A stretch of DNA of 44,054 bases from Octopus bimaculoides (lineage: Eukaryota), in contig NC_068988.1 in assembly GCF_001194135.2 (NCBI RefSeq), positions 60,862,265 to 60,906,318 on the forward strand, written 5' to 3'. The translations under genes and the position numbers were made by a program. Shown piece by piece: positions 23,601 to 37,260 of the stretch. Each line of letters begins with the position of its first letter. Position 1 is the stretch's first letter. The notes under the pieces were generated by a model. It was not told the DNA's origin. It worked only from the letters and a program-made list of their open reading frames with translations, and ran no database searches.

Positions 23601-26600
23601 AGGTCTCCTTTTATGCTCCCTCCGATGAACAATACGTGTTTTAGGGCTAACCACAACAAATACCTCACTGCCAACAATGGGAAAGTCTGTACGTGTCGCT
23701 CAGATTTTTAAAAATTGCAGCAAAATCTTTTTTTATACCACTTGCCACTCTCATAAAATGGAGGATGTGTTGGATAACGGATTGATTATTCTTGAAAGAA
23801 TCAAGAAATTGAATGCCCACGATAGTACTACTATGATCAGAGATTTTCCCTTCAATTAGGATAGACTTGAGGCAAAACCGCATTACACGTTCACAATTGC
23901 AGCTAATGTTAATTGGCGAGATTAGAATTTTAGCAATTGAAGATTATTGCATACCGTCATAGTATCCAATCATTGCAATCTGTATTTCAAACTAACAGAC
24001 TTTGTTTTAACCGTTTTCCTCATCGAAATACGCCCATGCAAAGGGCACAAGGGTACTGCTCCCTTTTTATTTTCATAGTCAAGGAAGATCAGAAGTGCCC
24101 GTGGCCATTCACGGGATTTCCAGGATTAAATGGAGAGTGACAGCTATTCCCCAACCTAAAGACCTAGAATTCTTGCAAGAGAATTAACTCTGCTAAAGAT
24201 ATCGAATGTGGTACCATATTACTACTAATTGTACCACTAACAACAACAAATGTGTCCAACACGTGCATAAGTTCAACAACTTGGGTACAGAATTTGACTG
24301 ATTAAATTAAGTCAGTGATTTTATCGACCCGGATCGATATATTAAAATGCAAATGAGTACTGTGGCAGAAATAGTTACTTTCATATCAAACTTTACTAAG
24401 GAGTATATCCACAGATAAATTAGTTAAAATTTACTAGACGCATAGGACAATCGCACGCGTTTATCAAGTTTATATCACCTTGTGGTAGGAAAGGTAAAGG
24501 AGATTGTCTGGACAACGGTACTTCTTTATCATATCTTGTGTCAGCAATCGAATATTTTCTCTCTCGCATTCATAATTGTCTATAGTGAACAAGAATTTTC
24601 TAAATAGAAATTAGAAATGAAATTAACGATAAAACCCTTTGTACTTTCTTCCGAGATACACACGTAAATGAATCATATTGTAACGTTTATCGACTTGAGA
24701 ACACAAGGAAGGAAGAACGGGAGAGAAAAGGACAATGTTTGAAAATCTATGTGGTTGCTAGGGTTGCAATTATCGATAGTCAAGGTATTATTCAAACCAT
24801 AACCCTCATTCATAAGGGTATCTCAAACGGTATCTCAAAGCAGGGATGCGGGTTGCAGCCAGTGCTTCACTGCCTTTGATTATAAAGTTGATATATAATG
24901 GGATGACTTAAGGTAAAACAACAGCAACCCTATTTTCATTCGCGTTTACATAGATTTCCTTCCCCCGCCCATCATTTCTTTAATGTTTTTTCTTGAAAGA
25001 CATAAATTTAAAAACAAAAATGTAAAAATTCAGGTGTTAGAAACAATTATTCTAATCACATTGTATCTGATAACTTATTCTTAAAATTTTTGAACTCGTT
25101 CAAGACACCAGTTACAATTGCCTGAAGACAGAAAAAAAAAGTTGGCCTATTTATTAATCACCATTTCTTTAATTTATTTATTTCTATTTTTTAATTCTTT
25201 GTGTGTTTCTTTGAAATTCTGAATTTTTTTGTGATATTTTTCCCCCAAATATCTCGCTTCTATGNNNNNNNNNNNNNNNNNNNNNNNNNNNNNNNNNNNN
25301 NNNNNNNNNNNNNNNNNNNNNNNNNNNNNNNNNNNNNNNNNNNNNNNNNNNNNNNNNNNNNNNNNNNNNNNNNNNNNNNNNNNNNNNNNNNNNNNNNNNN
25401 NNNNNNNNNNNNNNNNNNNNNNNNNNNNNNNNNNNNNNNNNNNNNNNNNNNNNNNNNNNNNNNNNNNNNNNNNNNNNNNNNNNNNNNNNNNNNNNNNNNN
25501 NNNNNNNNNNNNNNNNNNNNNNNNNNNNNNNNNNNNNNNNNNNNNNNNNNNNNNNNNNNNNNNNNNNNNNNNNNNNNNNNNNNNNNNNNNNNNNNNNNNN
25601 NNNNNNNNNNNNNNNNNNNNNNNNNNNNNNNNNNNNNNNNNNNNNNNNNNNNNNNNNNNNNNNNNNNNNNNNNNNNNNNNNNNNNNNNNNNNNNNNNNNN
25701 NNNNNNNNNNNNNNNNNNNNNNNNNNNNNNNNNNNNNNNNNNNNNNNNNNNNNNNNNNNNNNNNNNNATATATATATGATTTGTGTCTTTCTCTACATAT
25801 TATTTTCTGTCTCTTTAGATTATATCCGATCATCTCCCCTTCTTCCTCTCTGTTTCTCTCAGTGTCATTAGATGGTCTGTCTCAGTCATACTCTCCTTTT
25901 CACTTTCACTTTCACTTTCTTCATTCCTTTCTCCCTTTTTGATTCTTTCTCTCTCTCTACATAGTCTTCAACGCTTTCTCTCTCTACACATTCTCACGCA
26001 TTCTTTCTCTCTCTCTCCCTCTTTCTTTCTATCTATCTCATTTTTTTCACACTCTTTCTGCCACCCGCACTCGTTCTTTCTCAGTCTGTCTCTCTAAACT
26101 TTAATACGTGATACAAGCTCATTAAGACTGTTAGTAGCCTGATGCAAATCGTAACATGGTTTCACTGTCTAGGTGAAGTAATTTACTTAAGCTACAATGA
26201 CCACGTCTACTTTCTACGAGAATCCTACGTCATGGCTGATTTCATTCGTTAGTATGAGAATAAGGGACAGCACCCACCGTCTGGTTGATTTCTTTACACA
26301 GGAAATAAAACAACACAGGGAGAAATTTTCAATGGATTGAAGTCATTGTCATAGTTCTTGTCGTGCTTGATCAACTACAGATCAGCACTGGTCGAGCAGA
26401 GTTATAAGTACTTGCGGGACCCGTGAATATTTCACGGAAATAATAGTAAACTTACTGGGTTATTTTTGAAAACTTTATCCAAAACCCTGAAAGCGTAGTC
26501 TGTGTTGTGTCAGAATCAAAAGATAGTCGCTCATGTGCTAATCATTGAAAAGAGAGAGAGAAATTGGAATACGATGATTACTTAATGAATTTTATATACT

Positions 26601-26770
26601 TTAGGCACAATTTTATAGACTTAATACACAACACTCTCCCTCGTTCTCTCTCACTCTTCGTCTTACCCTCTTTTTCTTTCGCTCTTCGTCTTTCCCTTCA
26701 GATAATCACATGAGCATTACAGACGGATTACTTAACGGAAGAAAGATTACCTAGTTATAACCTCGAGGTT

Positions 26771-26985
26771 AAAATAGTCGACCTCGGCGGAATTTGAACT
26801 CAGAACATAAAGACAGACGAAATACCGCTAACAATTTTTCAAGCCGACTTCAGCACAGCTGTTGTCTGTCAAATTTCTTTACTATGCATCCGCAGAACAA
26901 GATCTATAATGTAAGGCACCTGTACAGCAAACCACTTAGTGAGATTGGATCTGAGACTAAGTAGTCGTGAAATGAAACGTCTTAC
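26771..26985 (-). mobile_element. SINE-A fragment (26771-26835) abutting a degenerate SINE-B-like head (about 26850-26985)
   Basis: GTCGACCTCGGCGGAATTTGAACTCAGAACATAAAGACAGACGAAATACCGCTA is a near-consensus match; the second part is weaker. Confidence 0.7.
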
Positions 26986-27119
26986 AATGAACAGCTATTG
27001 TAGTCTAGATGCATGAACTATTATTTTGAAATGTTTCAAACAGAACAAATGCTTGTAACCATTTTTCTATTACTGTAGCGATTCTGCGGGATTCTGCTCT
27101 TTGCCACAAATGATAATAA

Positions 27120-27582
27120 TAATCCTTTCTACTATCGGCACAACATATACGAAATTTTTGGAGAAGTGGGTACTTGATCAAATCCACCCAACTGCATAAC
27201 CAGTGCTTGCGTTTTCAACCTAGAAGGGATGAACGGCAGAGTCAGTTTTGGTGGGATTTGAACCCAGAACGTAAAGACGGACAAACATACCGCTAAGCAT
27301 TTTGCCCGGCATCTTAACGATTCTTATTTCTGTATTGCCCACAAGGGGCTAAACGTAGAGGGGACAAACAAGGACAGACAAAAGAATTAAGTTGATTACA
27401 TCGACCCCAGTGCGGAACTGGTACTTAATTTATCAACACCGAAAGGATGAAAGGCAAAGTCGTCTTCGGCAAAATTTGAACCCAGAACGTAACGGCAGAC
27501 GAAAAATCGCGTAGCATTTCACCCAGCGTGCTAACGTTTCTCCCAGCTCGGCGTCTTAACGATTCTGCTAGCTCATCGCTTT
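27120..27582 (-). mobile_element. Nested SINE-A: inner copy 27325-27555 inserted in outer copy (27120-27324 plus 27556-27582)
   Basis: Direct repeat TCTTAACGATTCT at 27312-27324 and 27554-27566 (TSD 11-13 bp). The outer head resumes as GATTCTGCTAGCTCATCGCTT. Confidence 0.88.
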
Positions 27583-29104
27583 AACAACTACAATATCAAC
27601 AACAACTGTATCAATAAAAACTAATTCAAGATGGCTAGCTATGTAACTAATAATAGCCAGGGTGACAATTAATAAAATGTTACAAACAAGATATCATATA
27701 ACTGGGAGATATTTATCTCCGATATCAATCCAATAGCAGCAGATAACCTAATAGTAAGCAATCGTGGAGAAAAGGATATATTGCGAGAATGTTAGAGATT
27801 TAGTAACTGGAAAAAATTTATCTTGGTAATTTGATAACGAGGTACATATGGATTACGATACATTGAAATAAACGATATATAACATAGCCTTTCTTTTCTT
27901 TTGTTTAAGTTTAATGGAAGCGAGTTCAATACTTTCGTGTAGAAAATGGCGTAATTTTGTGTCTCTCACCTTTATGACTGCGACTGTAAGTATCAGTGGT
28001 GCGATGTGTCTCACTTGACATAATTAATGATTTATTTTAGACTTCAGTATTTATATGGATTTGGAGCATTTAACCATAGCTCTGTGTATATCGTATGATA
28101 CTCGACCACACACACAATCCATAATTGTTAACTTGTCAATATATATTTTCTGGAACTAACGATTATGGATCAAACATTTTAGTCTCTTTCAGTCATACTC
28201 TTTCAGAGTTCTTAATTGTGAGAGGACGGTTTCGTTTAAACTTGTCGCTCCATGGAATACATACATACGTTCATATATTAAGCCTACATACACACACACA
28301 TGAGTACATGCATATACAGACAAACAGACTGACAGATACACATACACACGCACATTTCTTTATATTTTGTGTGCGTTTGGTGTGATATTACGTTTTGTTA
28401 TTTAAATGTATCATAAAGGAAGAAGTCACTATTTTGAGTATTAAGTATATTTGTAAATGAATAGGAAGCTTGTATCTGGAGAGAGATGAAAAGTCTATCC
28501 AGAGAAAAAGGATATGAAATAACACGATTTTAGATTACATGTAAATAAATATACGTATTCATATTAAGATACTAATGTACGGATAATTACTTATTAAGAA
28601 AACAGGTGTGGCTGCGTGTTCTCGAATAACTAAGTAAATTATTTATTGTGATAGATTGGTGTTTCTTATTTCAACCAGGAAATGTTTCAAGATTTCAGTC
28701 TGTCATTAATCAAGACGTGGCAAATAAAAGGCATCTCATCTTGTTAGCATTAGCAGCAAGTCATAGAAGCCAAATGTCTCTTAAATCATCGGTTACTCTT
28801 TTAAAATTGAAGTTGTCGCGTGTGCTTGAGATAATGCAGTTCTGAGTTTGTTATATCAGAAACAAACTGAAGATTCAGCCGAGTAAGACCACTTCCTGAA
28901 CCCTTCGAAAATCCGAGAAGGCCCTGTGAGTGAATTTGTATGAGTGAATGAAGTTTTTGTACATCACAGAACCCGCTTTACAATGCAATCAGTTATAACA
29001 ACAATGGTACAACAGAGGTTGGGGCGACCAAGAACCAACTGCAAACCAACTTTTCATTCGTACGACTTCACCTTCTGTTAGAAGGAAGTTCCAGCCAGAA
29101 CTAA

Positions 29105-29330
29105 GGGGTCCTTCACTTCCAGTGGTTCATATGCTAGCCTTCCCTCACCACGTAACCGATGTTATCCAGCGAAAAGGTAAAGTTCGATACAACTTGGCAC
29201 CAGTGACGTCGCAACTCATTTCTACAGCCGAGTAAACTTGTGCAACGTGAAATAAAGAGTCTTGCTCAAGAACACAACACACAGCCCGGTCCGGGAATGG
29301 AACACCCGACTTCATGATATTCAGCTGAAA
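29105..29330 (-). mobile_element. SINE-C-related copy with a different 3' body
   Basis: Minus strand reads GTGTTCCATTCCCGGACCGGGCTGTGTGTTGTGTTCTTGAGCAAGACTCTTTATTTCACGTTGCAC...GAAATGAGT, then GCGACGTCACTGGTGCCAAG, which differs from 7728-8068. Confidence 0.7.
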
Positions 29331-29344
29331 TACGTTATCGTACA

Positions 29345-29396
29345 AAATCTTATATGGATACCTAAGGGATATGTGGACCCTGGTTTAGAAGCCCTG
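29345..29396 (+). mobile_element. Right end of a hAT-type non-autonomous transposon
   Basis: TATGGATACC..GTGGACCCTGGTTTAGAAGCCCTG; its reverse complement resembles the TIR at 399. Confidence 0.5.
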
Positions 29397-29428
29397 CTGA
29401 AGAGCAATAAGTTTGTATCATAGAACCA

Positions 29429-29510
29429 GGAGTTATCTTGGAGTTCGTATCAGAAGGTTAGAGGCTTCTGGAGTTGTCTTAGAGTTCGTATCAGAAGGCT
29501 TATGACTTCT
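29429..29510. repeat. 41-bp tandem duplication
   Basis: GGAGTT(A/G)TCTT(G/A)GAGTTCGTATCAGAAGG... occurs twice. Confidence 0.9.
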
Positions 29511-30138
29511 GCGGATTCGGCCTGAGAATTACGCTTCTCAGCCATTTATATGATATGACATATCATAATTCAATGAGCTGGAAGTAAGGTCGATCTAAGT
29601 GCTGGATACACGTTTCCGAGCCGACGAATATCCATTACTTAAAGCAGAGTGCTAGAAACGTAATGACCGGAAAGAGAAATAATAACGGTGTTATAATTTT
29701 CACTGCTTCCAGTTAAATGCTAACAAAAATATTATATTTAACGAGAATTTACTGATAATTAGATGATAGTTTTATTGAGAATTTCTTGGCAAATGAATAT
29801 ATAATTCTATGTATAGATATTTTTTGTTGTCCTAATTTATGATTTTGTTATTCATGTTGTACATATTTGTATATATTTCCGATTTAAACCGGCGTTTTAT
29901 TAAACACACATACGTATGTACATATTTACTTAAGTACATAGTAACATGCATATATATACATAATGACATGTATATACAAACGTATGTACATAAATGCACG
30001 CTGTTAAATATATGTGTATGCTTAGGATAAATATACACAAATAAACACACACACGCGTACACATTAACGTAGGAATACACACATACAAACAAAACAAACT
30101 CATACATGTGTGCGTGTGTGTGTAAATGCAAATATGTA

Positions 30139-30180
<42 letters not shown>

Positions 30181-30902
30181 CATATATATAAGAATATATA
30201 TATATATATATANNNNNNNNNNNNNNNNNNNNNNNNNNNNNNNNNNNNNNNNNNNNNNNNNNNNNNNNNNNNNNNNNNNNNNNNNNNNNNNNNNNNNNNN
30301 NNNNNNNNNNNNNNNNNNNNNNNNNNNNNNNNNNNNNNNNNNNNNNNNNNNNNNNNNNNNNNNNNNNNNNNNNNNNNNNNNNNNNNNNNNNNNNNNNNNN
30401 NNNNNNNNNNNNNNNNNNNNNNNNNNNNNNNNNNNNNNNNNNNNNNNNNNNNNNNNNNNNNNNNNNNNNNNNNNNNNNNNNNNNNNNNNNNNNNNNNNNN
30501 NNNNNNNNNNNNNNNNNNNNNNNNNNNNNNNNNNNNNNNNNNNNNNNNNNNNNNNNNNNNNNNNNNNNNNNNNNNNNNNNNNNNNNNNNNNNNNNNNNNN
30601 NNNNNNNNNNNNNNNNNNNNNNNNNNNNNNNNNATATATCTATATATATATCTATATATATATCTATATATATATATATATATATACATATACATACATA
30701 CATATATATACATGCACACACGCACCCACACAGACACACACCAACAACAACACACCCATATATAAATATTCCTCATGCACATATTTACATACGTCTGCTT
30801 TCCATTTCTTGATGTTTGCCTCAACATCAAGAATACTTTTTCTCGTAAATCCACAAATGGAAATGAAATCCAAGATATCCTCTCTGTCTTTGCGTATCAT
30901 AT

Positions 30903-30985
30903 ATGTATATACTTATGTATGTATGTATGTATGTATGTATGTATGTATGTATGTATGTATGTATGCATGTATGTATGTATGTATG

Positions 30986-31062
<77 letters not shown>
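30903..31062. repeat. (TATG)n-(TA)n microsatellite
   Basis: Visible directly. Confidence 0.96.
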
Positions 31063-31067
<5 letters not shown>

Positions 31068-31574
31068 TGTATATATGTAGGTAAATGTGTGTATGTGTGT
31101 GTGTGTCTATGTATATATACATATAAATATGCATATATTGGCTTTAGATAATACGAATATCTGATTATAATTTCTTGAAATATTTCGACATCTGTCTAGT
31201 TCTAAACTTTGTCAAGAGCCGAAAAAGCTGATGAAATTGAAAATTTTCAAGCACAATAAAATATTACAAAAATAGAAGATTCGTTGCAAAGCTTCCTTTT
31301 TGTTTAAAATATCCACAAATACACTTTATTTTGTATCTCTTAATCTATCTTCTTATCTCTATCCCTCTCTCTCTCTCTTCATCGTTCCCCCTCTTATTCT
31401 GTCTTACACATTTCCCCTCTCTTTCTCCCCAAAATCTCTGTTTTACATTACCGATAGCATGAATCGCGATTTGAAAAATGGCGACCGTATCTCGGTTTGG
31501 AGATTACGTTGAAAGTTAAGATGGCGAATATTATTAATGGTTTTCATATCTGCTGCTCATGCTTGCTGTTGCTG

Positions 31575-31601
31575 AAATTGACAATGATGATAATGATGAT
31601 G

Positions 31602-31671
<70 letters not shown>

Positions 31672-31745
31672 CGATGATGATAATAATGATGGTGATGGTG
31701 GTGATGGTTGTGGTGGTGATGACAAGAGTGATGATAGCGATGTTG
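31575..31745. repeat. (GAT)n trinucleotide repeat
   Basis: Visible directly. Confidence 0.95.
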
Positions 31746-32764
31746 ATAGTAATAACTGTGATGTTTCTAATAATGGCAGCACAGATGCAATATCTGCATT
31801 GTAGCTAAGAAGCTGTTATTTTTGTTGGTGTATTTTTCTTTTATTTTGTTTTCTACCTGCGCTGTTTGTTTATTAGTAGATATAGAATATAGCTAAAGAT
31901 ATATTTCCAAACATACACAAACACACACATTAACGCACACACACAAGCACACACGCACACACGCACAAGAATAAACACTCCCCCCACACAAGCAAACATA
32001 CACACACACACACAAGCATAAACACATATATGTATATATGTTTACAGGTACATGTAGATATTTATATTTTCTATATATATACCTATATAAATATACATAT
32101 ATGATGTATATATATTATGTATATATATATTATGTATATATATATATTATGAAGTATACATATTATATAAGAATTTCCAATATATATATATATATATATA
32201 TANNNNNNNNNNNNNNNNNNNNNNNNNNNNNNNNNNNNNNNNNNNNNNNNNNNNNNNNNNNNNNNNNNNNNNNNNNNNNNNNNNNNNNNNNNNNNNNNNN
32301 NNNNNNNNNNNNNNNNNNNNNNNNNNNNNNNNNNNNNNNNNNNNNNNNNNNNNNNNNNNNNNNNNNNNNNNNNNNNNNNNNNNNNNNNNNNNNNNNNNNN
32401 NNNNNNNNNNNNNNNNNNNNNNNNNNNNNNNNNNNNNNNNNNNNNNNNNNNNNNNNNNNNNNNNNNNNNNNNNNNNNNNNNNNNNNNNNNNNNNNNNNNN
32501 NNNNNNNNNNNNNNNNNNNNNNNNNNNNNNNNNNNNNNNNNNNNNNNNNNNNNNNNNNNNNNNNNNNNNNNNNNNNNNNNNNNNNNNNNNNNNNNNNNNN
32601 NNNNNNNNNNNNNNNNNNNNNNNNNNNNNNNNNNNNNNNNNNNNNNNNNNNNNNNNNNNNNNNNNNNNNNNNNNNNNNNNNNNNNNNNNNNNNNNNNNNN
32701 NNNNNNNNNNNNNNNNNNNNNNNNNNNNNNNNNNNNNNNNNNNNNNNNNNNNNNNNNNNNNNNN

Positions 32765-33170
32765 GTGACGATGAAGGGGGTAGGAAATGAGTTCGAGTGA
32801 AGAGAAGAGAGATGGAGAGTAGGAGTTAAGAGAAGTAGGAGTCGGAGCAAGAGATGAGAGGTGTGTGGGAGGAAGTAAGTGTGACAGGAAGAGAGGCGTG
32901 GGGGTGGAGGCTAGATGAAAAGGGGAGGAGAGTTGAGCCCATGTGCCGCAAAGGAGCGAAGAGAGAAGAGTAATCCCTGTTCACAGCGCAAACGAGATCC
33001 CGATGGCCCCTGTGCAAGGACAATCCGAACACGGACAGGTGTTGCAAAGAGTGACTGGTAGAGCTGAAATGGCGCGACACCGGGGTGTTATTGCCGAGTT
33101 GGATGTCTCGCAGATGTTCCGCGAACCGGTCAGCCAAGCGGCGTCCCGTTTGCCCGTTGTGTAGAGAAGG
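32765..33170 (-). mobile_element. Penelope-like element 3' end: GIY-YIG endonuclease C-half (32911-33170) plus pyrimidine-rich 3' region
   Basis: PSLHNGQTGRRLADRFAEHLRDIQLGNNTPVSRHFSSTSHSLQHLSVFGL, then after a frameshift SRLRCEQGLLFSLRSFAAHGLN...*. This matches YIGQT.R.L..RF.EH.R.I......V..HF....H ... R...E..LI..L......GLN. Confidence 0.9.
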
Positions 33171-34494
33171 GTTAGAGAGAGCAGGAGATGCAGTAAATGA
33201 CATTGGTAGAAGTCGGTGATGATGCGTGTCATTACACACACACATACACACAAGCACACAGATATATATGTATATAGAGACGCGCATATGCATATAATGC
33301 GAAATTTCTTTTACAATCACGAGGTTCCGTGTTCAATCCCGCAGCTTGACATCCGAAACAACAGATTGTTAACATAAGCTAGGGTCGACGAAAGATAAGT
33401 GAATGTTATTACATAGAAGGAAAATGTACGGAAGTCCATCAAATGGAATTTACCTGCAATGGAATGAGCCTGTCTGGCAGTATTTTGTGTTATAATTCGC
33501 TTTGGTGTTGTTGTGTCTTGCTAAGCACCAATTTTCATTGTGCAATACTAGAATGTGATCAGTTGTCGAAGTGTAATTGCATAGAACGGACACTTTTAGT
33601 GGCTTTATGAAACGTACTAAGGTTGATTTCTTTCCTATAACCGCACGACGTTGAAAGAAAAAAAGAACCAGCACCAGTGGAGTTGACAGAAGCGACTGGA
33701 GATAAAACACACACACACACACTCAATAATGCATGTATAAAATGCACGTATACATACATACATGTTTGTGTATGTGTATATATATATATATATATATCAT
33801 ACATAGCTGCTCACCTTGAATCCTCTTATAGCTACACTTTACGCCGCTAAATTTGTCCCTTGTTAAGGCTTCGGAGCTTAAGTTCGAATCATTTGAGCAC
33901 TACTAAATATTTTCTATACTGAGATTAACTGGGTCTGAACTGTCGGCTCTATATATTATACATATATTCATTTACATATATATATATGTGAAATGTTATG
34001 TATGCATATACATACCTATCTGTCTAAATATCTTCGTATACAACTTTCCCTCTATCTATCTGAGTTAAAAAAAAGTAATGAAATGGTTGAAGATAGTACA
34101 GATGATCAGAAAAATGTCCTGCATTTCCGAGTCAGGTCTCATTCCCTGTATACTACGCTCTTCTTCAAAAAATGATCAGCTTCACATTTCATCCTTATCC
34201 ATGTTGACAAAATAACCAGCAGACAAGATCTGCGTAATATGATCGTCGACCTTACCGAGTTTACTATGTACCACAAGACCTATACATATAAGACCTTACG
34301 CCGGTTTATAAACATAAAATCGATATATTCTGTGGATGTATATTCATTTATCTTAGGTACAAAAGATCCCATAGTACTTACTTTCGTATGAGTTCAATTC
34401 TTTATTTTTAAACTCTGCGTGGAGATAAGAATAGCACTAAACTGATGCCGGCACCGTTATGTCGGTATTATTCGTTCACTTTCTCTTACCAATT

Positions 34495-34940
34495 CTACTG
34501 TTGCTGCTGCTTTTGTGGCAGTTGTTGTCGCTGTTGCTGCTGCTGTTGTTGTTGGTGCTGCTGTTGTTGTTGGTGCTGCTGTTGTTGTTGGTGCTGTTGC
34601 TTCCTCTGCTTCTTTCGCTTCTGCTACTGCTCCTGTATGTCTGTGTAAGTGGTGTGAGTTTACGTGTATGTTTTTTTCCATTGGTACTGCAGATTATTAT
34701 TGATATCAATGCTTCGGTTGTTGCCCTTGTTGTTGCTGTTGTTATTATTGTTGCCGTTTTTTTTTTGCATTTGTTATTGTTGCTGCAGTTGATATTTCGC
34801 TGTTTGTTTTTTTTTTCGCTCCATTCTTTGCTGTTTATCTCGAAATTTCATTTGGTTTGTTTTTCCTTCTTTCTCTATTTTCCACTTATGATTTTTTTCA
34901 TTTGCTGTTGTTTCTAATGATGATGATGATTATGATAATT

Positions 34941-34974
<34 letters not shown>

Positions 34975-35175
34975 CGACGACGACGAATAAGACGATGACT
35001 GCAACGGCGTCGACGACGATGAGGAGAAGGATGATTACGAGGATGATGACGACGACAACGATTATCACTATACTGATGATGACGAAGACGATAATAATAA
35101 TACTGATGATGATGTGGATGATGATGATGATGAGGATGATGAGGATTATTATTATGCTAATGATGATGATGTTGT
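34495..35175. repeat. Compound (GCT/GTT)n and (GAT/GAC)n low-complexity block
   Basis: Includes an 18-bp higher-order unit GCTGCTGTTGTTGTTGGT repeated three times. Confidence 0.92.
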
Positions 35176-36380
35176 TTATACTGGTTTTGATATTGTTAAT
35201 GGTTTTCAAAAGTTCCGAAATTCTGGTGGGAATATTTTTTTCCACCTTCTCTCTTAGTCCTGTTTTGATATTATGTATGCGTGTATGTATATTTTCTATT
35301 TTATTTCCTCTTTGCAATAAACTTAGATCATAACAACCTACTTCAATGATGTCACATTGAAAGGTTCATCATATAAAAACTAAAAAAAAACTATACGAAA
35401 TAAAAACAAAAAATCCGAGAAATAGTACAAACTAGACAAAACGAAAACAACATAACAACAAGAAAAAGGAGGCAAAAAAGAAAACACAAACACATATGTA
35501 CATAAAAAAAATAACAACCCTATAGTTCAGCGAAGGCTAATATCGATTTGTCTATGTAATAACTAACTTCCTAAAGCACGAGAGTCAAAATAAAACTTGC
35601 TCCAAAACAACGCCATTTAAAATGGAGCCCAACGTTTATAGCGCTTCTTAAAACACGCGAGTTGTTTTAGTATCACTAATAAAAGTGCGGGTATCTCTCT
35701 AAATCTTTAATGTTCGCCCAAATTTAGAAAAAAAGATTATTATTACTATTATTATTACTATTTTAATGTTTAAATATAAAAGTTAAGAAAAAAAAATGAA
35801 GCTAAACAATAAATAATAAATATAAACAGGACAAAATTGTATTTCTTTTTCTGTAGTTGATACTATTATCCTAGAGATAAATTGCAATTTTTATAAATTT
35901 CAGAGAAATATAATTTTCCGTTTCTGAAGAAATGTGTTCATTAAAACTAAGAGATTGGTATCATTAGAGTATTTTTTTTTATTAAAAATAAAAAGTAATT
36001 TAAGACGTAAAAGCGAAAGTAAACTATAAAATCAAATCATTTTATGCAGGTGTTGTCTTCTGCTAGCTGTGTTTTCATTTTTCCTGAACATCCAATGAAA
36101 TACATGAATCATATATTATGCATATATGAACATTCACACACGCACACACACACACTTAGACACATGCACCTTCACACACAAACACCTACGCATATATATA
36201 TATATATATATATGTACATTTTAAAAAATAACGTCGACCACTAACGTGGACAGTTAATGCGCTAGAAATAGATCACATCTTGTGTCTATTAAGACCTAAA
36301 TTGTTCTCAACATGAAATATAGCAGCATACCAAAAACGTTAGCAGGCAAGACATTTAAAATCACCTAAAAAAGCATTATT

Positions 36381-36445
36381 AAACAGGAACTAGTTTCGGA
36401 TTTAACAAATTCTTACCATTTGTCTATTCCTCATCAGCCTGATTT
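36381..36445 (-). ncRNA. Minimal type I hammerhead ribozyme (PLE-type)
   Basis: AAAUCAGG-CUGAUGA-GGA-AUA-GACAAAU(GGUAAGA)AUUUGUU-AAA-UCC-GAAAC-UA-GUU|CCUGUUU. The core is perfect; stem I is CAGG/CCUG, stem II is extended and stem III is the palindrome ACUAGU. Confidence 0.8.
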
Positions 36446-37205
36446 GTAATGTAACCGCAATCATCAAAATCGTATACAGAGTTGCCCACCGCCATGGGTG
36501 CGCGTGCATATGGTTCTGCTAATTACAGCTTAATGGTAAAATTCAAAAGTCTTCGTTTTGGCGCGCTAATTCCAGGAATATATCCGCAGAAAATATTTAC
36601 TGCGTCTTATATATTCAGTATGAGAACATGAGTAATGGGTAAAATATTATTATAAAATCTGGTAATTAGTCATATATGAATTAATATCGAATAATTATCA
36701 GATGTATGTATATATATGAATGTATATACGTGTATATATATATGTCTGTGTCATAACGCTTAAATTTGTACTGATAAAGTTTATATGAAACATTGTGAGA
36801 TGTGACTTTGGATAAACAAAGAAGCTTTGCAACGCAGATTACTTTGTTGTATAGAAGTATAGAAGAAAACATAAGAAATCCATTTAAATGTATCATTTCC
36901 AGTGAATAACTCCTAATCAAACAATAATGACATATTTGAACATAAGTTCAATAGAGTCTGAAATCCTCTCGGTCGAATTTTACGGCCAGGAATTGCTACA
37001 TATCGGTTTTCATTCCTCGAAACTGAACCCAGCAGATTTCACCCGTTCCAAGTATGCTTGCCTCGAACACTTTCGCAGCTCCAGAACAATAGGTTTCTCT
37101 GACCTCGTGCTAATTTCTGCTGATAAGGGGTTCTTAGCTCAAATTATTATGTGCTAAATACTTGTTTCATATTAAAATATATCTCGACGGCGCCTTCAAT
37201 TACAA

Positions 37206-37260
<55 letters not shown>

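Noticed and set aside
23430-23654. Minus ORF resembling an IS4-like 'LLSTD...Y..R..IE..F' motif
   Set aside because: The opposite strand is a much better RTE LINE match, so this is an antisense coincidence.
34457-34681. Mucin-like APTTTA ORF
   Set aside because: Translation of a GCT/GTT microsatellite within a larger low-complexity block.
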